A stretch of DNA of 64,000 nt. Origin: an uncultured Chloroflexia bacterium. GTDB lineage: Bacteria > Chloroflexota > Limnocylindria > Limnocylindrales > CSP1-4. The notes under the pieces are model-generated. The model made no database searches. It worked only from the letters and a program-made list of their open reading frames with translations, and was not told the DNA's origin. Of the stretch, positions 9,700 to 19,752 are shown in pieces. A program made the translations under genes and the position numbers. The stretch covers positions 148,786 to 212,785 of the forward strand of contig CAVZFY010000021.1 of NCBI GenBank assembly GCA_963774695.1, read 5' to 3'. Each line of letters begins with the position of its first letter. The stretch's first letter is position 1.

Positions 9700-9996
9700 G
9701 TCGATTGGGGACGGAATCGCGGACAACCCGGGGACAACCGCCCTCCGGCGTGGACGGCGCGCATCGGATCTCGGGGATGGGATCGGGGAGGAATCGGCCA
9801 TCCGGGAGCCGGGTGTGGACAGTCCTGCACGGCACGGACCGGATCGTCCACCGCGGGACCCGTGTCGCGTCCCCGCCGAGCGCCCTCGCGTCCACGGTCC
9901 GGAGCGGGTCGTCCACCGGCGCCGGCCGCACGATCGAGCGTCGCCGTCCACCGAATCCACGGCATGATGACGGTGATGACGGGATGAGAAGATAGG
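9700..9996. other. Putative replication origin oriC (dnaA-dnaN intergenic)
   Basis: About 12 degenerate DnaA-box-like 9-mers, e.g. TGTGGACAG 9814-9822, CGGGGACAA 9729-9737, TCGTCCACC 9844 and 9909, GCGTCCACG 9888, CCGTCCACC 9944, GAATCCACG 9953. They are followed by the 3-periodic tract ATGATGACGGTGATGACGGGATGAGAAGATAG. Confidence 0.8.
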
Positions 9997-10115
9997 CTGA
10001 TCATTCCACCTGCCAGGCGGCTCGCGAAGCCTGGCCCCTCGCCCTCACACCGGGACCCCGTCGAGGAGGCCGCACGAGCCATGCCCGCCCAGACACCTTG
10101 CTGGAGACAACCCAC

Positions 10116-11234
10116 GTGAAACTCTCGGTGATGCAGGAGAACCTGGCGCGCGGTCTCTCGGTGGTGTCGCGCGCCGTCTCCAGCCGGAGCACCCTGCCCG
10201 TGCTCGCGAACGTCCTCCTCCGCACGGAGGACGCCGGCCTCAAGCTCACGGCCACGAACCTCGAGATCGGGATCACGTACTGGGTGCCGGGCAAGATCGA
10301 GACCGACGGCGCCACCACCGTGCCCGCGCGCCTCCTGACGGACCTCGTCAGCTCGCTGCCGGGCTCGGAGCGCGTCGACCTCGAGCTCCAGGGCGCCGAC
10401 ACGCTCCACCTGCGCTGCGGCCGCTTCGCGACCCACGTGAAGGGCATCGACGCGGACGAGTTCCCGACGATCCAGACCGCCGGCGAGCGCCCGACGACCC
10501 GCGTCTCCCAGAAGGTCATGAAGCACGCCCTCGAGGAGGTGATCTTCGCGGCGGCCAGCGACGAGGCACGCCCGATCCTGACCGGCGTGCTCGCCAAGTT
10601 CGAGGGCAGCAAGCTGACGCTCGCGGCCGCGGACAACTACCGGATCGCCGTGCGGACCATCGACATCCTCGATCCCGTCGAGGCCGCCTCGGTCGTGATC
10701 CCGGCCCGGGCGCTCGCCGAGCTCGCGCGGATCCTCACCGACACCGACGACCCGGTCGAGCTCGTCCTCGCCCAGGCCCGCAACCAGGTCCTGTTCCACC
10801 TCGAGGGCGTCGACCTCGTGTCGCGCCTGATCGACGGCCAGTTCCCGAACTACCAGACGGTGCTGCCGGCGACCCACGCGACCCGGGCCGAGCTCGACCG
10901 CGAGGAGCTGCTGCGCGCCGTGCGCCCGGCGGCGCTCATCGCGAGCTCCTCGGCCAACATCGTCAAGCTCCAGGTCGGCGGCGAGGACGGCGTCGGCGTC
11001 ATCGTCACCGCGACGGCCGACGTGGGCGACTACACCGGCGACGTCGAGGCCGCCATCGAGGGCGACGCGACCACCATCGCGTTCAACGCCCGCTACCTCA
11101 ACGACGTGCTGGGCAACGTCCAGGCGGACCGGTTCGCGCTCGAGCTCAACGGCCCGCTGTCGCCGGGCGTCTTCCGGCCGGTGGGCGACGACGGCTACGT
11201 CCACGTCGTGATGCCCGTCCGGACGACCTCCTGA
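10116..11234 (+). CDS. dnaN: DNA polymerase III beta sliding clamp
   Basis: GTG start after GGAG; KLSVMQENLARGL...STLPVLANVLL...ATNLEIGI...RPILTGVL..AADNYRIA...SRLIDGQFPNY...IAFNARYL...HVVMPVR. Confidence 0.97.
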   Translation: MKLSVMQENLARGLSVVSRAVSSRSTLPVLANVLLRTEDAGLKLTATNLEIGITYWVPGKIETDGATTVPARLLTDLVSSLPGSERVDLELQGADTLHLRCGRFATHVKGIDADEFPTIQTAGERPTTRVSQKVMKHALEEVIFAAASDEARPILTGVLAKFEGSKLTLAAADNYRIAVRTIDILDPVEAASVVIPARALAELARILTDTDDPVELVLAQARNQVLFHLEGVDLVSRLIDGQFPNYQTVLPATHATRAELDREELLRAVRPAALIASSSANIVKLQVGGEDGVGVIVTATADVGDYTGDVEAAIEGDATTIAFNARYLNDVLGNVQADRFALELNGPLSPGVFRPVGDDGYVHVVMPVRTTS

Positions 11235-11317
11235 CGGGCGCCCTGGGGGCACCTCCAACGGACGCGCCGGCGACCCCGGTCGAGGCCGGCGAGATCTGGC
11301 CGACACGACCCGCGCCG

Positions 11318-12501
11318 ATGCTGCTCGGGCTCTCGATCCGCGACCTGCGCGGCTACGCGGAGCTCGACGCGGTCTTCCGCCCGGGTCCACAGCTGGTCTG
11401 GGGATCGAACGCCGCCGGCAAGACCAGCCTGCTCGAGGCGATCGTGCTCGCGGCGTGGGGCCGGTCCCACCGCACCGCGGCCGACGGCGAGCTCGTGCGC
11501 TGGGGCCAGGAGCTGGCGCGGGTCGAGGCCCGCGTCGGCGAGCCCGACGCGGCGTTCGGGCCGCGCGACGTCGTCGAGGTCGCCCTGGTGCGCTCGGCGA
11601 CCGGCGGCGCCCGCAAGCGGATCCGCGTCAACGGCGTCGCCCGCCGGGCCGCGTCGCTGGTCGGGGTGCTGCGGACGGTCATGTTCGCGCCCGAGGAGAT
11701 GCTGCTGGTCGCCGGCTCGCCGTCCCTGCGCCGCGAGGCGCTCGACCGCCTCGCCGGCCAGCGCTCGGCCGCCGTACCTGCGCGACCTCGCCACCTACGG
11801 ACGCGCGCTCCAGCAGCGGAACGGCCTGCTGCGGCTGATCCGCGAGGAGCAGGCGACGCGCGGCGGAGCTCGGGTTCTGGGACGCGACGCTCCTCGAGTC
11901 GGGGACCGCCGTGCGGGCCGAGCGGCAGCGCCTGCTCGAGGCGCTCGCCGAGCCGCTGGCCGCCGCCCACGCGGAGATCGCGCCCGACGAGGCCGCCGCG
12001 GGCCGCCTGGCCGTGACCTACGCGACCAACGCGCCGCAGCTCGCCGGGGAGTCGGTCCGGGACGCGCTGGCGCAGGCGCCTCGCCGAGACCGCCGAGAAG
12101 GAGGTCTGGAACGGGTCGACGCTGATCGGTCCGCACCGCGACGACCTGGTGTTCGAGATGGGCGGCCGGCCGCTCGCCTCGTTCGCCTCGCGGGGCCAGC
12201 AGCGGACGGCGATCCTCGCGTTCAAGCTCGCGGAGCTCGACCTCCTGACCGCGCTCGACGGACGGCCGCCGCTGCTCCTGCTCGACGACGTGTTCTCGGA
12301 GCTCGACCCCGAGCGGCGCGCCCACCTCGTCCGGCGGATCGCCGCGCTGCCGCAGGCCTTCGTGACCACGACGACGCTCGAGGACCTCGACCCGGCCCTG
12401 CGCTCGGTCGGGACGACGTGGGCGGTCACGGTCGACGACGCGGGGAGCTCGCGGCTGCGGGCCGACGGGCCCGGACGCCCGTCGACGAGGCGGCGCCGTG
12501 A
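11318..12501 (+). CDS. recF: DNA replication/repair protein RecF; several frameshifts
   Basis: Walker A GSNAAGKTSLLEA; MFAPEEMLLVAGSPSLRR; GPHRDDL; ASRGQQRT; LLLDDVFSELD. Confidence 0.93.
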
Positions 12502-12842
12502 GCAGCCGGCGGCCCGCCAGGATCGGCGACCTGCTCCCCGACGCGGCGCGCCAGCTCGGGCTCGAGGACGAGCTCCGCTTCGCCCGGGCGATGGCGACGT
12601 GGGACGCGATCGTCGCCGAGCGCGTGCCGCCGGCCGTGGGCGCGTGCCGGCTCGAGCGGATCGAGCCGGACGCGATCGTCGTGACCGCCGACGAGCCCAT
12701 CGTGGCGTCGGAGCTGCGGATGCGCGCGATCGAGCTCCTGGCGGCGTTCTCGAGCGCCCCTGGCGGCGTCCGGGCCCACGAATTGCGCCTCCGGGTGGGC
12801 TCGGGCGGGCCGTCCGGGACAGGCCGGAGCCCCCGCGTATAA
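12498..12842 (+). CDS. dciA: DUF721/DciA-family protein (helicase loader-associated)
   Basis: RIGDLL...WDAIV...C.L..I....IVV.A...IVASELRM; occupies the canonical position after recF. Confidence 0.7.
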   Translation: MSSRRPARIGDLLPDAARQLGLEDELRFARAMATWDAIVAERVPPAVGACRLERIEPDAIVVTADEPIVASELRMRAIELLAAFSSAPGGVRAHELRLRVGSGGPSGTGRSPRV

Positions 12843-12843
12843 T
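12838..12843 (+). promoter_or_regulatory. Consensus -10 hexamer TATAAT upstream of the 12930 gene
   Basis: A perfect TATAAT in a ~73% GC context, overlapping the dciA stop codon. Confidence 0.5.
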
Positions 12844-12929
12844 CCGGACTCCCGCGGCCGGGTCGACCGGGTGCACCCCCGTCACCGCCGTGCTCCGAGA
12901 CGCGTCGCTCAACCCGTGAGGCTCCATCC

Positions 12930-15222
12930 TTGGCCGTCCGCCTGCAGCTGAAGCTCGGTGCCGTCACCGAGCAGGACCAGCTCGCCGACTCCCCCGACGC
13001 GATCGTCGTGGTCGAGCCGTCGGTCGGCTCCGTCGCCCGATCGAAGGGGAACCTCTACCTCCTCGTCTCGTCGCGCCTGACGGGCAACCGGGCCAAGGAG
13101 GCGACCCGGATGGTCGCCGACACCATCCGCAACGAGTACTACTACGACGAGTCCGCCGGCATCCGGCAGTGCCTGATCAAGGTCCTCGGCGTGGCCAACA
13201 AGCGGCTCGCCCACCAGAAGGACCGCTACGGCATGGGCCACGCGGCCGACGACGGGGGACCGGTCGGCGTCGCGGTGGCCGTCGTCCGCGGACGCGAGCT
13301 GTACGTGGCGACCGTCGGGCCGGCCGAGGCCTACCTCATCCGCCAGGCCCGGCTGTCCACGCTGCCCGACCCCAACCGCGACCGCGGCCTGCCCGTGGAG
13401 GCCCTCGAGCCCGAGGTCTGGCGCGGCGAGCTCTCGGTCGGCGACTCGCTGTGCCTCGTGTCGGCGAACATCGTCGCCAAGATCGGCACCGACGCCCTCA
13501 AGGACGCGCTGGTCACGCTCCACCCGCAGTCGGCCATCGAGCACCTGCACGCCCGGTTCGTCGCCGCCGACGGCAAGGGCAGCGACGGGGCGCTCGCGTT
13601 CGAGGCGAACGAGGTCGGCGCGACGTACAAGTCCAAGTCGCTGGTCCCGGTCCGGCCCGCCGAGCCGCTCGCCGGTGCGCCCGACAAGTCGCCCATCCCG
13701 CTGGCCGACACCGTGACGTCCAGCGCGGCGGCGATCGGCGCCGGCGCGACCCGGGCCCGGAGCGCCGCCGGCAACGGCTTCCAGCGGGCGATCTGGCGCC
13801 TCCAGGACCTGCTCCCGCACCGCAAGTCCAGCGCGCGCAAGGTGACGGGGGCGGCCTCGCGCATGGAGATGCAGCGCCGGGCCGCCGTGGCGCTGCTGGC
13901 CTTCGTGGTCGTCGCGGGCGCCCTCGGGCTCGGCGTGTACGCGGTCGGCGGCCAGCAACAGAAACAGGAGGCGGTCAAGTCGCTCACGGCGGCGCAGACC
14001 GCGCTCGACGCGGCCAAGGCGGACCTCGCCAGCGTCAGCGGCCCGGGCGTCGACCTCATCAACGACGACCCGAACCGCGCCATGGAGCTCCTCAACGACG
14101 CCTACAAGCAGCTGGCCGCCGCCGAGACCGCGGGCTATCCGCTCGAGCAGATCAGCCCGCTGCGCGAGACGGCCCTCGCCGGGCTCGATCGCCTGTACGG
14201 GGTCACCGCGATCAAGTCGACGCCGCTGTTCACGTTCCCCAAGGACAAGCCGGTCGAGCTGACCGCCCTCGTGCGCGGCTCCGACGGCGCGCCGTACGTG
14301 CTCGACAACGCGAGCAAGACGGTCTTTCGCATCGACCTCGCCAAGAAGACGGCCACCGCCGGTCCTCAAGTCGGGCCAGCGGACGGCGTCGGGGCGCGTC
14401 GCGAACCCGAAGTTCCTCACGGTCGGCGGCCCCGACGTGCTCGTCCTCGACGACAAGAACCAGCTGTGGCGCTGGCGGCCGGCGAACAACTCGGGCCGCG
14501 GCACGCTCGTGCGCATCCCGGTCAAGAACTCCGCGTCGTGGGGCTCGGACGTCAAGGACCTCTCGACCTTCGTGGCCAACTTCGACGCCGCCTTCTACAA
14601 GCTCTACGTCGTCGACCCGTCCGAGCAGAACATCATGGTCCTCGACCCCGCCAACGACGGCTCCGGCTACCCCAGCAAGCCGAGCCGGCGCCTGCCGACG
14701 GACCGGCCGGTCGACGGGATCACGGACCTGATGATCGACGGCGACATCTTCGTCGCGGAGAACGGCCAGGTCGCCCGCGTGATCCCGGCCTCGGGCTGGT
14801 CGCCGCAGCTGCCGGCCGACACCGAGCTCCGCCCCGACAGCACGTACACGATGCTCTCGTCGCCGATCCTCGCCAACGGCAACCCCAGCCGGCGCGTCGG
14901 CGCCCTGTACGCCTTCGACGCCGCCAACCACCGGATCGTCGCGTTCAACAAGTCGGACGGGAAGTACCTCGGCCAGTACCGGCTCCAGGGTGACGACACC
15001 TCGTGGTCCGACCTCAAGGGGATGGACGTCCTGCCGACCGCCCAGGCCGACGCGCCGCCGACCCTGTGGTGGATCTCGGACAAGGGCCTGAACTCCGCGG
15101 TCATGGAGCAGGCGGAGGTCCCGACGCCGTCCGCGTCGCCCGGCGCCAGCCCGTCGGCGAAACCCGCGGTGACGCCGAAGCCCGCGAAGACCCCCAAGCC
15201 GACGAAGAAGCCCAAGCACTGA
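12930..15222 (+). CDS. Membrane protein: degenerate PP2C-like domain, TM helix, helical stalk, extracellular beta-propeller, Pro/Lys/Thr tail; one frameshift (~14370)
   Basis: N-terminus GNLYLLV...AN.RL...VAVAVVRGRELYVATVGPAEAYLIR...GDSLCLVSA follows the PP2C layout. TM is AAVALLAFVVVAGALGLGVYAV. Blade-like repeats are YVLD, VLVLD, LYVVDP, IFVAE, LYAFD. It ends PSASPGASPSAKPAVTPKPAKTPKPTKKPKH. Confidence 0.7.
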
Positions 15223-15270
15223 CCCGGCATCCGGGCGGCCCGCGCCAGCGGGCCATGGGATAATCGGCGC

Positions 15271-15868
15271 ATGGACGGTGACCGCGGCACCGAGATCGAG
15301 ATGATCGTCGAGAGCGTGCGCGTGCACATGCCGACCGGCCGCCACGTCCTCGTCCTCCGCGAGACCGATGCCGGGCGCCTGCTCATGGTCTGGGTGGGCC
15401 CGTGGGAGGCGAGCGCGATCGCGATGAAGCTCCAGGGCCTGACGCCCGAGCGCCCGCTGACCCACGACCTGTTCGCGACGGTGCTCACGACGCTGGACGT
15501 CCGCATCGAGCGGATCGTCATCACGGACCTGGCCGACGAGACGTACCACGCGCGCCTGGTGCTCAACCGGCTCGGCGAGCGGCACGAGATCGACGCCCGC
15601 CCGTCGGACGCGATCGCGCTGGCGGTCCGGCTCGGGGTGCCGGTCTACGCCTCGTCCGACGTCCTCGACCGGGCCGCGACCCTGCCCGACGACGACGACG
15701 ACACCGAGGACGAGCGACGAGGACGCCGCCTCCGCACGACGTCGCAAGGCCGCCGAGCCGGAGACGACGGACGAGGTGCTCGACCAGACGCGGCTCGCGA
15801 TCTTCCGCGAGTTCGTGAACTCGCTCGACGTCGAGGGCGACCAGCGCGGCGGCGGGTCCTCGAGCTAG
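15271..15868 (+). CDS. Bifunctional nuclease family protein (DUF151/BFN); C-terminal frameshift
   Basis: VLVLRE...L.VWVGPWEASAIA...PERPLTHDLF...HEIDARPSDAIALAVR; the shifted frame ends RLAIFREFVNSLD. Apparently leaderless (GATAAT-N6-ATG). Confidence 0.88.
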
Positions 15869-15886
15869 CGGCGGGCGAACGAGCCC

Positions 15887-16688
15887 TCAGTCGCCCAGGA
15901 TCGGCCGGCCCCGCCGGCCCGCGCGCTCGCGGTTCGCCCACATCCGCAGGCGCAGGCCCCAGAAGTCCTTCACCGCGCGCCAGATGACCGACGGCTTCGC
16001 GCCGGTCGGCGAGCCGGCGGTCCGCGGGTAGTGCGGGATCCCCACCTGCGCGACGGACCGTCCGGCGGCCTGGACCTTGATCAGCAGCTCGGCCGAGAAG
16101 AACGCGCCGCCGGACTCGACCCGCACGCCCTCGAGCGCCTCGCGGCGGAACAGCTTGCAGGCGCAGTCGACGTCGCTGGACCTTGAGGCCGAAGAAGATC
16201 CGGTTGGCGAGCCGGTAGGTGCGCGCGTAGACGACGCGGATCACCGGGTCGGCGCGCTTGATCCGGTAGCCGACGACGACGTCCGGGCTGGTCCGCCTCG
16301 GCGAGCCGGGCCGTGAGCCGGCCGAGGTCGGCCACGCGGAACTGGCGGTCGCCGTCGGTGAACGCGAGCAGCTCGTAGCGCGACGGCCTCGAAGCCCGAT
16401 CGCAGCGCGCCGCCGTAGCCGCGGTTCACCGGGTGGTGGACGACCCGCACGACGTCCGGATGCTCGGCCGCGAGCCGGTCGGCGATCTCGGCCGTCCGGT
16501 CCCTCGAGCCGTCGTTCGACGACGATGATCTCGAACCGGTCGGCGATCGCGGGCAGCGCCTCGAGCGCCTCGGCGACCAGGCCCTCGAGGTTGGCCTCCT
16601 CGTTGTGGGCGGGAAAGAAGTAGGACAGCCGCGGGACGCGGTCCGGCGCGACCTGGCCCGTGCTCGCCGGCGCGGGAGCAACGGTCAT
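15887..16688 (-). CDS. GT2 glycosyltransferase, polyprenol-phosphate sugar synthase-like (Ppm1/GtrB/ArnC-like); frameshifted
   Basis: [14 protein letters not shown]; NDGSRDRT; [16 protein letters not shown]; FTDGDRQF (DxD); [11 protein letters not shown]; AELLIK...HYPRTAG. Confidence 0.85.
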
Positions 16689-18272
16689 GCGTGAGCCTCC
16701 TGGCGGCCGGTGACCCGGTACAGGTTGCCGGGTTGACCCACCAGTTCGATGACGTAGCGGCTGCGGAGCGCCTCGATCTCGGCCGGTGAGCCGCGGATGA
16801 GGTAGACCGGGCGCGTGTCGAGGTTAGCCTCGATCACGTCCGTGATGCTGCCCAGGTGCTCGTCGAGGCGCGTCCGGTCGTCGATGATCGAGATGTCCGG
16901 CCGGCGGTGCTCGACCAGCTGGCCGTACCACAGGGGCGTCGAGTACGACCACCACGACACGACGACCCCGTTGGGCTCGATCGAGGTGAAGGCCTCGTCG
17001 AGCCAGTCGTGGATCCAGACGGTCGCCGACTGGTCGACGACCCGCCAGCCGCGTCTGCAGGGCGACGGCGGTCGGCAGCAGCAGCGCCACGGCGACCACG
17101 CTGGCCGCGAGCAGGCCGATCACCCGGCGGCGCTCCGCGGCGGCCCGACCGGGCGCCTCGCCGGCCCGCGAGACCACCCACTCGACGACCGCGCCGCCGA
17201 GGATCGCGATCCAGGTCCAGGCGAAGAACGCGGGGCCGATGTAGTAGCGCTCGATGGCGGCGTTCTCGTACGAGGCGGCGAACACGCACGTGGTGAGCGT
17301 GGCGACGCCGGACAGCAGCGCGTAGCGCGGGTGGCGGACGACGGCGACGAGGAAGCCCGACGGGACGAGGAGCAGCAGGGCGCCGTACTGGGCGAACGCG
17401 AGCGACACGAGGTCGTCGACCCGGCCGGCGACGTCGAGCACCTCGCGGGTCACGGAGCCCTGGAACTGGGTCGCGAGCACCACCTCCAGGAACCCGCTCC
17501 ACGTCTCGGGGTGGCCGTAGACGAGCGGCGCGCGGAACGGCCCGGCGCGCAGCGGGAGCTCGAGGTAGAGCAGCGCCGCGACGCCGATGCAGGCGCCGAG
17601 CGCCGCCGCCACGACCTTCGGGCGGAACACGATCCGCGGCTCGACCGCGAGCACGAACAGGCCGACGGCCGGGATCAGCAGCAGCGTGAGCCCGTGGTTG
17701 GCGACCGAGACGCCGAACACGGCCGCCGCCAGCACGATGGCCCGGTCGGCGCGGCGGCGGAGGCGCGGGTCGTCGGGGTGCTCCGCCGCGTCGCGGGCGA
17801 ACCGCTCCCAGCGCAGCAGGAGGGCCACGATCGCGACCAGCAGGACCGCGTGCAGGGCGTGCACGTCGGCGCCCGTGGCGACCCGCCAGACGATCGGCGA
17901 CAGGCCGAAGCCGACGGCGGCGGCCATCCCGACGGCCAGCGGCACCCGGAGGCTCCGCGCGACGACGACCGTGAGGCCGACGGCGGTGGCGACGAGGATC
18001 GCCGACAGGAGGTTGATCGTGAACGCGGGCGAGCCGAGCGGCGAGAGGACGATCGACGCCAGCCAGCCGATGATCGCGTACGCCGGGAACCCGGTCGGGT
18101 GCATGGTGCCCAGGATCGGGAGGACCGTCTGGGCCTCGCCCGTGTCCCAGGCGGCGAGGCCGGGGAGCAGGGTCGCCCGGTAGACGGCGAACACCCCGAT
18201 CCCGACGACGAGCGCGGCGACCCACGTGAGGTCCCGGCGCCGCGGCTCGACCGGGGCCTCGCTACCAGCCAA
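16685..18272 (-). CDS. DUF2723 / TMEM260-like GT-C glycosyltransferase; frameshift near 17060
   Basis: YRATLLPGLAAWDTGEAQ...MHPTGFPAY; ADVHALHA; NHGLT; LYLELPLRA; GHPETWSGF; C-terminal WWSYSTPLWYGQLVE.RRPD. Confidence 0.78.
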
Positions 18273-19687
18273 GCAGCTGGCCCCAGATCACGCCCCACAG
18301 GTTGACCGTCGCGCCGGCGATGACCAGCAGGACGGCGATGCCGCGCGGGCGGCCGTCGACGCGCGCCGCGCCGAGGGCGACGAGCGGCAGGAGGAACGGG
18401 ATGAAGTCGAGCGAGAACCGGTAGCCCCACTGGACCCAGCCCTGGCTGAAGTGGGCGAGGTTGAACAGCGCGATCAGGATGACCGTGGCGCCCGCGCCGA
18501 TCGTGAGGCGGGCCCGTGGCCGCCGGAAGACGGCGAACAGCGCGAGGAGCAGGCCTGGCGCGCTGAGGATGATGCTGGTGCCGATGTCGATCGGCATGAG
18601 CAGCGGGCACGTCGGGTCGAACAGGGTGCGGCGGGCGTCGGGCGTCGCGCACAGCACCACGGGATCGCCGTAGTTGAGCGTGTTGGGCTTGAGCGCGGGC
18701 GCGATCACCGGCAGGGCCCCGAACATGATCCCGAGGTTCTGGGGGATGTACCGCGGGTCCTCGACGGACCACGACGGGTTGTAGCCGAGCGTGGGGTAGC
18801 CGTTGGCCTCGAGCTGGTACTGGTAGTCGTAGCCCGGGTGCAGGAACGACCCCGTCGTGAGGAACGTGTAGATGAGGAGCGCCGCGACCGGGACCACCCC
18901 GCCGACGGCCGCGGACGCCGTCCGGCGGGCCGTCGAGCCGCCGCCGCCGACGAGCATGAAGAACGGCGCCGCGAACACGAGCGGGAGGCGCGCCGTCGCC
19001 GCGATCCCGAGCAGGAGACCGGCGAGCACCTGCGAGCCGTCGAGCGGCCAGAGCCGGCCCGATCGCCGGTCGTCGTCCGGGAGCATCGGCCGCGATCTCC
19101 GCGGCGTCCGCGCCGGCGGCGGCCCGATCGTGGCGGAGGGCCACCCCGACGGCGAGCAGCGCCGCGATGACCGCGACGAGATGGGCGAGGTACCAGGTGC
19201 TGCCGACCGCCGCCGCCCACCACCAGACGGTGCCGGTCGCGAACAGGATCGTCGTCAGGACCCGCACGGACAGCCGGATCCGCAGGCCGCCGAGCATCCA
19301 CCACGCGACGCCGACGCCGATCGCGGCCAGGGCGACGGCGATCGCCTCCTGGTCGGTGGTCAGCCCGAAGAGCGCGACGAACGGCAGCAGGACCAGCGCC
19401 GGCAGCGGCGGGAACGGCAGGAGCACCTGGCCGGTGGGCTGGCCGTTCGCGTCGAACAGCGGGTAGACGTCCTGGAAGTACCAGTTCGCCGGACGGTCGG
19501 TGCCGTCCGGGACGGGCCAGTCGAAGGAAACCTTGCCGTGCAGGAACGCGTCAGCCTGCCAGACGAAGTGGTTGTACTGGTTGTAGTGCTGGGGGTTGGA
19601 CCACGTGTACAGGACGAGCGCCGCCAACGCCAACAGCAGCCCGACGACGACGGCCGTGGCGCGACCGAAGCGGGGCTGGGGCGGCAC
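18262..19687 (-). CDS. Multi-pass membrane protein, probable GT-C-fold glycosyltransferase; frameshift near 19090
   Basis: YNHFVWQADAFLHG...PFPPLPALVLLPF...WYLAHLVA...LLGIAATARLP...WVQWGYRFSLDF; many TM segments; lies in the glycosyltransferase cluster. Confidence 0.55.
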
Positions 19688-19752
19688 ATGGGGCCCGTCA
19701 GGGGCCTCGGCTATACTCCGCTCCACCTTCAACCCTGCGTGAGAGGCTCCCC

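Noticed and set aside
9700-9960. Repeated GTCCAC/GGGGA units as a CRISPR or REP array
   Set aside because: The units are short (9 bp), irregularly spaced and degenerate, with no cas genes; they fit DnaA boxes. No CRISPR, tRNA, rRNA, integrase or transposase was recognised anywhere in the window.
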